Below are positions 9,464 through 17,424 of a stretch of 52,763 bases of DNA, one piece after another. Source of the stretch: Thermoplasmatota archaeon. GTDB lineage: Archaea > Thermoplasmatota > E2 > JACPAO01 > JAHFTW01. The position numbers and the translations under genes were made by a program. The notes beneath the pieces were generated by a model that made no database searches, had not been told where the DNA came from, and worked only from the letters and a program-made list of their open reading frames with translations. Within the stretch, counting starts at the first letter, position 1; each line of letters begins with the position of its first letter. The stretch covers positions 2,965-55,727 of the forward strand of contig JBMZJT010000005.1 of NCBI GenBank assembly GCA_049617695.1, in the 5' to 3' direction.

Positions 9464-10141
9464 TCATCCCTCCTGGGCTGGCCGCAAGCGGCCGTCTGCC
9501 ATCGTGTAGATGCGGTCGGCGAACACGGCCAAGCGTTCATCGTGACTCACAACGACGACCGTGCCGCCCCGGTGTGAGAAAGCGGACAACAAGGAGGCCG
9601 CACGCTTCCCGCTGGCTGTGTCCAAGTTGGCCGTCGGTTCATCGGCAAACACGACCTTCGGCCGGTGCCCGATGGCTCTGGCAATGGCAACTCGCTGTTT
9701 TTCGCCCCCGCTCAACTGGTCGGGCAAGAGGTGGGCTCGGTCCGCAAGGTCCACCGAGGAAAGGGCGTCCACGGCCATTCGGCGTGCTCGTCGGCCGCCA
9801 ATGCTGCGGAGGTTCAGTGCCACCTCGACGTTCTCGCGGGCGGTGAGGTTGGCCAATAGACGAAAGTCTTGGAAGACGAAGCCAACATTTTGGCGCCTCA
9901 TGTTGGCAAGTACCGCGCTCGATTGCCCCGTCAGCCGGGCGCCCGAGAGGCGCAATTGACCGGCATCGGGCGTCATGAGCCCCGCCAACATGGCCAATAG
10001 CGTCGTCTTGCCACTTCCGCTCGGGCCCTGGATGAGGACAAACTCCCCGGGCCGCGCAATGAAATCTGCGCCGTCGACCGCCCGCGTTCCGGTTCGACCG
10101 CGGCCGTAGCGCTTGCTCAAGCCCTTGGCCTGCAACGTCAT
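9464..10141 (-). CDS. ABC transporter ATP-binding protein (LolD/MacB type)
   Basis: GPSGSGKT, LSGGEKQRVAIARA, FADEPTANLD, VSHD; ATG 10141 overlaps the permease stop. Confidence 0.93.
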   Translation of the reverse strand: MTLQAKGLSKRYGRGRTGTRAVDGADFIARPGEFVLIQGPSGSGKTTLLAMLAGLMTPDAGQLRLSGARLTGQSSAVLANMRRQNVGFVFQDFRLLANLTARENVEVALNLRSIGGRRARRMAVDALSSVDLADRAHLLPDQLSGGEKQRVAIARAIGHRPKVVFADEPTANLDTASGKRAASLLSAFSHRGGTVVVVSHDERLAVFADRIYTMADGRLRPAQEG

Positions 10142-11241
10142 ACCCGAAACACCTCCGCAGGATCCATCGATGCAATGCGCCGAACCGGCAGCAACGTCGC
10201 CACCCCGGTAATGAGGACGGCCTCGACCACGACCCATCCAATACCCGCCCACGTGATGTCCGCGCGCATTTGCGGAATCACCCACTCCGCGATGGCATCG
10301 GCCAGGAAGGTCAGGGCAACGCCCATCTTCGTTCCCAGCGCGGTCGAAACGATGCTGTACTGAAGGACCATGCCGCGTAGCTTCCGCTGCGGCGCGCCCA
10401 TGGCCTTGAGGACGCCGTACTCCGCCCGCCGCTCCATCGTCGCGGTATACACGGTCAATCCAACGACGACGGCGCCGACAACAAAACCGAGGACCATTAC
10501 GGTGGCAATGACCGGCAAGAACGCTTCACGGCTGCCCCGTGAATTGACCTCCGAAAATTCATCCCGCGTCCAGGTCTTGCTGGCCGGAATCAATTCCTGG
10601 ACCGCCCGGATGGTGGATCCTGGGCTGCCATCAACTTCCAACAGGTAGTAGTTCACGACGTCCGGTGATGGTGCAAGTGCGCGGGCCGCGTCCACGTGAA
10701 TGAATGCGAAGTTGCTGAACAGCGTGCTGGCACCCCTGCTGATGCCGACGACTTCGAACGTCGCATTGCCAAGCGTCAGGTCATCACCAATTTCGACGCC
10801 TTCGACGGATGCAAAAACGCGGTCGACGACGATGTCATTGCCGCCTTCAACGAGGCGCCCCGAATGCATGCTCCAAGGCCCGCCCATCCCGGTGGCGGGG
10901 TCATAGCCGACCAAGAACAAGTCTGCACCCTCACCGACGGAGGCCACATGCACGGATTTCCCCATCAACGGTGATGCAGCAACCACGCCGGGGAGCGCAG
11001 CTAGCTTGCCCGCAAGATCTCCTGGCAGGGTGCTTTGTCCGTGGAACAAGTCCCGGGTGTCTTCCTGGGTCACCCAGAGATCGGCTCCGGCGTTGTCAAC
11101 GAAGGCGCCAGCTTGCGCGATTTGGCCGACATAGGTCGCGTGAAGAAACAGCATGAGCAGCACGGCGAACGCTAGGCCCCCGGCGCTGATGGCGAGTCGC
11201 CACGGATCGCGCCACAAGTTGCGCGCCGCGATGTTCACCAT
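10138..11241 (-). CDS. ABC transporter permease (FtsX/MacB-like)
   Basis: N-terminal TM, large extracytoplasmic loop, ERRAEYGVLKAMGA motif, three C-terminal TMs, DPAEVFR end. Confidence 0.88.
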   Translation of the reverse strand: MVNIAARNLWRDPWRLAISAGGLAFAVLLMLFLHATYVGQIAQAGAFVDNAGADLWVTQEDTRDLFHGQSTLPGDLAGKLAALPGVVAASPLMGKSVHVASVGEGADLFLVGYDPATGMGGPWSMHSGRLVEGGNDIVVDRVFASVEGVEIGDDLTLGNATFEVVGISRGASTLFSNFAFIHVDAARALAPSPDVVNYYLLEVDGSPGSTIRAVQELIPASKTWTRDEFSEVNSRGSREAFLPVIATVMVLGFVVGAVVVGLTVYTATMERRAEYGVLKAMGAPQRKLRGMVLQYSIVSTALGTKMGVALTFLADAIAEWVIPQMRADITWAGIGWVVVEAVLITGVATLLPVRRIASMDPAEVFRV

Positions 11242-11796
11242 CTACGGGGACTGCTTCTTGGCCCACTGCGCAATGCCGATGCCGACGATGAGGCCGCCAA
11301 GCACCCACATGACACCGCGGTTGAAACTCGAGCCGGAATCGCCGTGGACGTGGTCATGTCCATCGCCCTCCACGGTGGATCCGGCGCCGGCAATGTGGGC
11401 GGCATGCTCCTCTGTGGTTTCCCCAATCTTGTGCATCTGCGCCCCCTGGTTCACCCAAGTCACCGTGTCGCCCACCATGATCGTCAACTCTTCAGGGTCG
11501 AAGTCCCATTCCTCAAAGTTCTCCGGCTCGATGACATTGATCGTGTGATTCTGGGGGGGAGATCCGTCGGAGGCAACAACCACAATTTTGGCTTGCATCC
11601 AAGGGTGAGGGTGGCAATGGTACTCGAAGGTCATCTCTTCGATGAACGTGTGGCTCCAGGTTTCGTTTGCCAACATGTCGTCGCCCAGGACGCCGCCATG
11701 TTCATCGTCGCTCGACGCAGAATCATCGTGCCCGGGCCCAGCGGCGACATTGATTGCCACGGCAAGAAGAGCGATCGGAATCCATCGAAGTTGCAT
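11242..11796 (-). CDS. Membrane-anchored cupredoxin, apparently circularly permuted
   Basis: Signal peptide; YHCHPHPWM precedes FDPEELTIMVGDTVTWVN...MH; His-rich linker and C-terminal TM. Confidence 0.8.
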   Translation of the reverse strand: MQLRWIPIALLAVAINVAAGPGHDDSASSDDEHGGVLGDDMLANETWSHTFIEEMTFEYHCHPHPWMQAKIVVVASDGSPPQNHTINVIEPENFEEWDFDPEELTIMVGDTVTWVNQGAQMHKIGETTEEHAAHIAGAGSTVEGDGHDHVHGDSGSSFNRGVMWVLGGLIVGIGIAQWAKKQSP

Positions 11797-11884
11797 AGCC
11801 GGTTCGAAACCCCTACGCTATATGAGTCTCATTTGACGGTCTTCGCGCAGCGCCCCGCGCCGCCGCCCTTATTTCACGAGCAAG

Positions 11885-12175
11885 ATGGCTGCAACCATGT
11901 CCAACTTCACGACAGCGTCCACCATTTTCGCCGCGCTCGTGCTTGCTGCAGCCACCGCGCTGGCCATCATCATCTGGCGTGCATCGGAGCGACTTGGCGA
12001 GCGGCGACTGCGGTTCATCGCAGGGGGGTTCGCAGTTCTGGCACTCAAGAGCGCGGTGTCCATTCTTTCCATTCAGCACACCATCGCACACCATGAGGTC
12101 ACGGAGGCCATTGGAACGGCCTTCGATGTCGCCATGATTTCCTTGATGGCGGCGCCGCTCTGGGTCAAGGAATAA
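11885..12175 (+). CDS. Small three-TM membrane protein paired with a transcriptional regulator
   Basis: Three hydrophobic segments; 4 bp upstream of the wHTH gene, an arrangement common in archaea. Confidence 0.7.
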   Translation: MAATMSNFTTASTIFAALVLAAATALAIIIWRASERLGERRLRFIAGGFAVLALKSAVSILSIQHTIAHHEVTEAIGTAFDVAMISLMAAPLWVKE

Positions 12176-12179
12176 CTCC

Positions 12180-12995
12180 ATGGAAGAGGACCTGCGTTCC
12201 CGCATCTTGCGCCTCGTGGAGCGGTACCCCGGCCTCCACTTGCGTGAGATTCAACGCCGCGCAGACTGTAGTCCCATGTTGGCCGAATACCACTTGAACG
12301 TCCTGGAAAAATTGGGCCTCGTCACAAGCACCTCGCATGGACGCTACCGTGACTTCTTCCCCGCCCGACACGAGGCGCTGCCCCTGGATTCAACCGCGAA
12401 GAAGTGGCTGGGACTGTTGCGCCGTCCGCCCATCCTCGCCATCGGCCTACTGCTGTTGGAGCGCGGATCCATGCGGCCAATCCAGATTGCGAGGGAACTC
12501 GGCTTGGCGAGCAGCACCGCCAGCTACCAAGTCCGTGTGGGTGTGGAGGCCGGCCTGCTCATCCAAGAGGACATTGATGGAAGGAACCTGCTGCGGCTCG
12601 CAGACCCCGCACGTGTCCTGGCGTTGCTTCAGGCATACCACCCAACGCCCGACGCGGTGTCCGACTATGCCTCCTTGTGGAGTCGGATCTTTGCGCGGCC
12701 CGCGCCAGCTCAACCGGAGACCGTCCCCCTGGAATCCACCGCGGGGGTTCCAGACGAGGTCCGGGATGCGTCGCGAGCGGTGCAAACCGTCTTCGCCGCT
12801 CTCCAGGCCGGGCCCATGACGCAGAAAGATTTGTGCCTCGAAACTGGACATGCCAGGCGAACCGTGTACGGTGCCCTGCAAAAGTTGGACGCCATGGGCC
12901 TGCTCACGTCACACGTCCATTTGCTTGATACCCGGCAAACACGGTACTGGCTCAAGGACGAATACCGCGCTGCCGACTCGCAACCGAAGCCGTAA
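12180..12995 (+). CDS. Multi-winged-helix transcriptional regulator
   Basis: RILRLVERYPGLHLREIQR..YHL.VLE, second HTH (IARELGLASSTASY), third HTH (TQKDLCLETGHARRTVY..L...DTRQTRY). Confidence 0.85.
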   Translation: MEEDLRSRILRLVERYPGLHLREIQRRADCSPMLAEYHLNVLEKLGLVTSTSHGRYRDFFPARHEALPLDSTAKKWLGLLRRPPILAIGLLLLERGSMRPIQIARELGLASSTASYQVRVGVEAGLLIQEDIDGRNLLRLADPARVLALLQAYHPTPDAVSDYASLWSRIFARPAPAQPETVPLESTAGVPDEVRDASRAVQTVFAALQAGPMTQKDLCLETGHARRTVYGALQKLDAMGLLTSHVHLLDTRQTRYWLKDEYRAADSQPKP

Positions 12996-13019
12996 GCCCG
13001 TGACCCAATCGGGCTCCTC

Positions 13020-13883
13020 ATGCGCGCCATCCTGCTCTTTGCCATCCTGCTGGCACCACTGACTGCAGCCCAGGTTCCATCCGCCGCCTTCGAGATGACT
13101 GTGGCAGGGCCCGAAATCTTGCCGCCCATGGCTTCGTCCTCCTATTCGCTGACCGTCACCGTTGGCTGCATGGAAGTCCTGGAAAACTCCGGCGAAGCGG
13201 ACGTCACCGCATCAGCCCTCGAACTGCCTGAGGGTATCACCGCTGAATCCGTCGAGATTCACTTCGGCATCGAGGACTGCCTTGGCGAAGAAGCAATCAC
13301 GCAAACCACGACCATCGATCTTGTCGTTGGTGCCAATGCGCATGGCCTCGAACCGTTCACCATCACATTCGAAGCAGCACTTGGGGACCACACGGCGGAA
13401 GCCCAAGTGCCTGACGCCATGGTGGATTACCTACCCGGCCACACCATGACGCCAGACGGCGACCAGGTGTTCCTGGTGGACGGCGACAGCTTCGCCTTCG
13501 ACTTGATTCTGAACTTCACGTCCAACGCCAAGACGATGGTCATGTTCGAAAACAAGGTCGTCAGCGGCTCCGCAATTCTCACCGGCCTCAAGGCACAGAT
13601 CGTCGACGTCGAGACCACCAAGTCCGTCACCAACAACATCGTCTTCACCGCTCCCGAAGAAGCTTGGACCGAAGAGACCGTGACATTCTACACCTACAGC
13701 CACTGCCTTGATGGCCCGGACTGCGGCGAAAACTTCGAGCAAAACATCACCTGGACTTTCCGGAACTCCGACCCGAATGTGCCGGCCAATGATGGCCAAG
13801 TCGACGAAGAAGCTCCGGGGCTTGCCCTGCCCATTGTCCTTGCGGCGCTGGCAGGGCTTGCCATTGTGCGTCGTCGCCTGTAA
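13020..13883 (+). CDS. Exported protein with sorting tail; paralog of 16521-17417
   Basis: Signal peptide; shared blocks DY.PGHTMTP.GDQ and WTEETVTFYTYSHCLD; EEAPG-TM-RRRL. Confidence 0.85.
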   Translation: MRAILLFAILLAPLTAAQVPSAAFEMTVAGPEILPPMASSSYSLTVTVGCMEVLENSGEADVTASALELPEGITAESVEIHFGIEDCLGEEAITQTTTIDLVVGANAHGLEPFTITFEAALGDHTAEAQVPDAMVDYLPGHTMTPDGDQVFLVDGDSFAFDLILNFTSNAKTMVMFENKVVSGSAILTGLKAQIVDVETTKSVTNNIVFTAPEEAWTEETVTFYTYSHCLDGPDCGENFEQNITWTFRNSDPNVPANDGQVDEEAPGLALPIVLAALAGLAIVRRRL

Positions 13884-13915
13884 CGGCAGCACAAGCGCGG
13901 TTAGCCATATCCATC

Positions 13916-14003
13916 CGGCCATTCACCTAAGTGCCGAACATGCTATGGGATGCTTGCCTGGAGAGAACCCGTGTTCTATGTGCTGACCACGGGGCCGATT
14001 ACA
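13916..14003 (+). repeat. Imperfect direct repeat, copy 1 (left of the MerB cassette)
   Basis: CGGCCATTCACCTAAGT...GAGAACCCGTGTTCTATGTGCTGACCA...CCGATTACA; block spacing matches 15839-15938. Confidence 0.8.
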
Positions 14004-14032
14004 GAGTCCGGTAGCCCGCGACTACACTTTGA

Positions 14033-14422
14033 TTACGCCGCGTCCGCCGGCGGGTGATTTTCGGCCCATTCGATGAGTGGCACGAGTGCCGCACGTAGGG
14101 ATGTTCCCGCGTCAGTAAGTCGATACGACACGGCCGGCGGCGATTGGTCGGGGTCCACGGTGCGCACGGCGAGGCTCTTCTCTTGCAGTTCAGACAAGGC
14201 CCCTGAAAGGGCGCGCGGACTGATACCTGGAATGGCCTTCTTTGCCGCGCTGAAGCGCACCTCTGGAAAGTTGCCCAGGATGCCAATGACCAGCAGCACC
14301 CATCGTTTGCTGATGAGTTGAAGCGCTCCTTCGAGCGGGTCGATGCAATACGTGCGGCCGTCGACGACGATATTGCAAGCATCTTCGCGCGCCATGGGTA
14401 TGGGTTCGGTCGGTGTAACCAT
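14033..14422 (-). CDS. HxlR-family winged-helix regulator
   Basis: C.DPLEGALQLISKRWVL.., RFS, IPGISPRALSGALSEL, PPAVSYRLT.AG..L; start may be 14395. Confidence 0.88.
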   Translation of the reverse strand: MVTPTEPIPMAREDACNIVVDGRTYCIDPLEGALQLISKRWVLLVIGILGNFPEVRFSAAKKAIPGISPRALSGALSELQEKSLAVRTVDPDQSPPAVSYRLTDAGTSLRAALVPLIEWAENHPPADAA

Positions 14423-14452
14423 GTACGCGTCAAAGTAGCGGAACGTGATATA

Positions 14453-14467
14453 GTACGCTAAGCGTAC
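14453..14467. promoter_or_regulatory. Perfect palindrome GTACGCT-A-AGCGTAC, candidate operator
   Basis: Lies in the divergent intergenic region between the HxlR gene and the MerB operon, 2 bp before ATG 14470. Confidence 0.55.
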
Positions 14468-14469
14468 CT

Positions 14470-14673
14470 ATGTTCATGGACCTCGTTCTGAAAACGACTG
14501 TCACTTGCAACACCTGCAACCACCAATTTCCCGCAACCATGCCGGAGGATTCCTGTCAGCAAGCCATCGACTGCCCGGCTTGCAATTACCGGCTGGTCAG
14601 AGAAGCGCCCCATTGCTGCGTCTTCTGCACACATGCCGAGCACAAATGCCCGCCCGAGCAGGTGAGCGCATGA
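14470..14673 (+). CDS. GDCCVxC-family small Cys-rich metal-binding protein
   Basis: TC..C.H....MP.DSC....CP.C......HCCVFC.....CPPEQ pattern; this family often sits in mer loci. Confidence 0.82.
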   Translation: MFMDLVLKTTVTCNTCNHQFPATMPEDSCQQAIDCPACNYRLVREAPHCCVFCTHAEHKCPPEQVSA

Positions 14674-15278
14674 GCGACCCACACGCGCCGGCAGTTCTTG
14701 CTGCTTGGAAGGAACTCAGGCACGGCATGCGACTGGACGGCCTGACGTTCGCCCGACGCGCCTTCGATGCGATTCTTGATGGCGTCCCCATGACGATCGA
14801 GGAAACGGCAGCAGCCGTCGGCGCCACGGAGCAACAGGCAGCCGACTTTGTGGACTTCTTCCAACGCGCTGGCCTGATGAACCTGGATGGACAAACCATC
14901 GTGGGCTCGCTGGGATTGACGACCCAGAAAACCGAGTACGATGTTTGCATCAATGGCCGTGATTTGCATGTGTGGTGCGCCTTGGACGCTGTCGGCATTC
15001 CGGCCGCGTTGCACGCCGATGCCCAAGTCCGCGTTGCAAGCTTCGTTGACCTGGACATTCATCATGGGAAGCTGCGGGAGGCAAAGCCCAGCTCGCTACG
15101 AATCAGCCTCGCAAGTCCGTTCATCGCGCAAGACATGCGGCAAGAAATCTGCCCGTCGATTGCGTTTCATGAGGAGGCTGGCCCAGAGCACCCCGATATG
15201 GCGTGGCTCACGCTCGAGGAGGCCATGGAACTGGGCACAATCATCTGGGAACGGCCCAAGTCCGAGAAAACGGTGTGA
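14670..15278 (+). CDS. merB: Organomercurial lyase MerB-like protein
   Basis: IVGSLGLT, WCALD (catalytic Cys/Asp), DMRQEICP.I.F (second catalytic Cys); ATG overlaps the upstream stop. Confidence 0.75.
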   Translation: MSDPHAPAVLAAWKELRHGMRLDGLTFARRAFDAILDGVPMTIEETAAAVGATEQQAADFVDFFQRAGLMNLDGQTIVGSLGLTTQKTEYDVCINGRDLHVWCALDAVGIPAALHADAQVRVASFVDLDIHHGKLREAKPSSLRISLASPFIAQDMRQEICPSIAFHEEAGPEHPDMAWLTLEEAMELGTIIWERPKSEKTV

Positions 15279-15333
15279 CTCTGTGGCACAAAGTATCACC
15301 GAGCATCAAGAAGGCCCACGGCCATCCTTAGGC

Positions 15334-15834
15334 ATGGATCTACCCAGGCCCGGCCTTCTCGGCATCCTGATTCGACTCACCCTTGGCGTGCTCGTCCTCT
15401 TCATGGGCTACGGCGCCATCGTGGACGCGCCCAGTTTCTGGGATGGATACACTGACCCGCTTGGCTCGCTTGGCTACCTAGTCCCGCTCGCCTTGTTCAG
15501 CAGTTGGGTCGTCAACGAACTCGTGCAGAAATCGTGGGGCTGGAAACCGCTTGGGGCCTTGCTGGCAGGCCTGGGCGTTGCCGTCGGCCTCGGCGCTGTG
15601 CAGGGGGACGCGTTTGGGCCAGCGTTTGGCACCTACGTTTGGACCTGGGCGCTTGGTTTTTCGCTTCTACTCGGGCCCGCGCATCTGTTGGCCGCCGCGC
15701 TCCGGACGCCGGGTTGCGAAATGAGGTCCTACGCCCACCTGCGCGCCAAGTTGGCCGGGGGCGACGTAGGCGCCACGGTGTGCCCGGGTTGGATTGATCG
15801 CGCCGACGGCATTCGATTGTTTGGCAAGTGGTAG
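15334..15834 (+). CDS. Membrane protein with C-terminal GCE...C motif
   Basis: ATG 15334; about four TM segments; PGCEMRS...VCPG.ID. Confidence 0.7.
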   Translation: MDLPRPGLLGILIRLTLGVLVLFMGYGAIVDAPSFWDGYTDPLGSLGYLVPLALFSSWVVNELVQKSWGWKPLGALLAGLGVAVGLGAVQGDAFGPAFGTYVWTWALGFSLLLGPAHLLAAALRTPGCEMRSYAHLRAKLAGGDVGATVCPGWIDRADGIRLFGKW

Positions 15835-15838
15835 GGTG

Positions 15839-15938
15839 CGGTCATTCACCTAAGTCGCGGATGCCCTTGTGGGTGATTACCAAGCGAGAACCCCGTGTTC
15901 TATGTGTGTTCTACGTGCTGACCATCGGACCGATTACA
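15839..15938 (+). repeat. Imperfect direct repeat, copy 2 (right of the MerB cassette)
   Basis: CGGTCATTCACCTAAGT...GAGAACCCC-GTGTTCTATGT-GTGTTCTACGT-GCTGACCA...CCGATTACA; the 11-mer is duplicated relative to copy 1. Confidence 0.8.
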
Positions 15939-16041
15939 AGGTACGCTAAGCGCCTACTTTTTCTCCTTCTTCTCTCCTTATGGAACTTGTACTGGACTTA
16001 TTGTGAAGTCCGGTTGTGTTCACGTAGAACACGCATAGAAC
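15897..16041. repeat. 21-bp inverted repeat pair enclosing a T-rich tract and an inner palindrome
   Basis: 15897-15917 vs 16021-16041 match 20/21 as an inverted repeat; ACTGGACTT-N6-AAGTCCGGT at 15991-16014. Confidence 0.8.
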
Positions 16042-16175
16042 GCCCTGTGCAGCGTAGGCGCCGGATTCGCCGAAGGATCGTGGAGGACTGGCTCCGCGAC
16101 GTGGTGCTATCGAAGCAGCATTTGACCGGACGCAGGCATCGCAATGCTGCGGTTCCGGCAGGCGGGAGCGGGTGG

Positions 16176-16471
16176 CTAAACGAAGCGCCGGCGCATCCAC
16201 CCCAACGCGCCGATCATGCCGAGCAGGGCAACGACAGCAATGCTCGGGGACTGTTCATCCAGCGGGACTTCGGCTTCGTACAGCACGGCCATTGCTTCAT
16301 CTTGCGTCAACTGGACGCCTTGGGCGTTGGCATAGGCAAACCACGATTGCCGGCCGCCAATATCCGTGGTGAAATCAAGTCGCAGGGGCGCAACGACGCC
16401 GTTGCCAGGCGTCAAATCCAACGTGAAGGACGTGCTGGCACCGCCTCCGAGGCTTTCGGGATTGGGGCGCC
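16176..16471 (-). pseudogene. 5'-truncated duplicate of the 3' end of gene 3948-4982
   Basis: Colinear with 3948-4243 (constant offset 12228); encodes near-identical DLTPGNGVVAPLRLDFTTDIGGRQSWFAYANA...; similarity stops abruptly at 16471. Confidence 0.88.
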
Positions 16472-16520
16472 GCGGGGTCCATTTTCCGACGAGTGAATTG
16501 CCCGGCGACGAACGGGCGGG

Positions 16521-17417
16521 CTATGCTCGGCGCATCAGCAGAGCGGTTGCAACGAGAACTAGCATCAATAGGAAACTGCCCGGCCCAGGGATGCCTTTTG
16601 CCGCATCCCCCTCACCACGAGGAGCGCTGACCCCCGGGTTCGCATTCACGAACGTCCAAACAGGGTTCGCCTCATTGGTGGGGTCACAGCCTTCCCGGTC
16701 GAGGCAATGACTGTACGTGTAGAACGTCACGGTCTCTTCGGTCCATTCTCCCTCAGGGGCAGTCCACGTCACGGTGTATGTGGTGCTCGTTTCGCCGGTT
16801 GGGACTTCGAAGATCTTGTGCGTCAGTCCATTCAGGGTGCCGCCGCTGACGACGCGGTCTTCGAACATCACCATGGTGCGCGCGTTCGCCGCGATGTCGA
16901 GGTCCAACGTGAAGGAATACGAACCGTTTTCGACTTGGAAGGTTTGATCGCCGTTTGGCGTCATGGTGTGGCCGGGGACGTAGTCGACAGCTAGGCCTTC
17001 GATGGTGGCCTCTGCGGTCGTGGCTGTGCCGGAGGCGTCGTTAAAGCTTGCCTGGAGATCAACGTTGAATGGCTCCAGGCCCGGGGCATCAGCCGACGGG
17101 GTGAGCCCTACGCTGCCCGTCTTCGTGATGATGAGGTCCTCGTCGCCAGCACAATCTGCCAGACTGACGGCAATCGTGGCTGGCGTCGTCGAAATCCAGG
17201 ATGGCAACGTTGCATCAACGCTGATGCTGGATTGTTCCAGGCCTTGGAGGATGAGCGCACAGCCGAGGGTCACTTCAACGTCGATGCTCGTGGTCCCCGC
17301 GGGGTCAAGGTACACCTCATCGACTGCCGCCGCTAGATCGAAGTCCGATGCAGGAATTTGCGCTGAAACCGCTGGAATCAGGGCGAGCGTTAGGGTGGCT
17401 AGGATGATTCGTTTCAT
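16521..17417 (-). CDS. Exported protein with sorting tail; paralog of 13020-13883
   Basis: MKRIILATL signal peptide; shared blocks with 13020; KGIPG-TM-MRRA. Confidence 0.85.
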   Translation of the reverse strand: MKRIILATLTLALIPAVSAQIPASDFDLAAAVDEVYLDPAGTTSIDVEVTLGCALILQGLEQSSISVDATLPSWISTTPATIAVSLADCAGDEDLIITKTGSVGLTPSADAPGLEPFNVDLQASFNDASGTATTAEATIEGLAVDYVPGHTMTPNGDQTFQVENGSYSFTLDLDIAANARTMVMFEDRVVSGGTLNGLTHKIFEVPTGETSTTYTVTWTAPEGEWTEETVTFYTYSHCLDREGCDPTNEANPVWTFVNANPGVSAPRGEGDAAKGIPGPGSFLLMLVLVATALLMRRA

Positions 17418-17424
17418 GGTATCC

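Noticed and set aside
14470-14673. Selenocysteine readthrough in the GDCCVxC-family gene
   Set aside because: All motif positions are Cys codons; the TGA follows the family's normal CPPxQ end and overlaps the next ATG
15991-16014. Chromosomal dif site
   Set aside because: Has a 6-bp spacer but lacks the ATAA-N6-TTAT core typical of Xer dif sites; kept only as a generic palindrome
13916-16041. CRISPR array or mini-array
   Set aside because: Only two degenerate long repeats ~1.9 kb apart, no regular repeat-spacer period and no cas genes
15828-16496. 222-aa plus-strand ORF
   Set aside because: Spans non-coding repeats and the antisense of a pseudogene; no protein-like features
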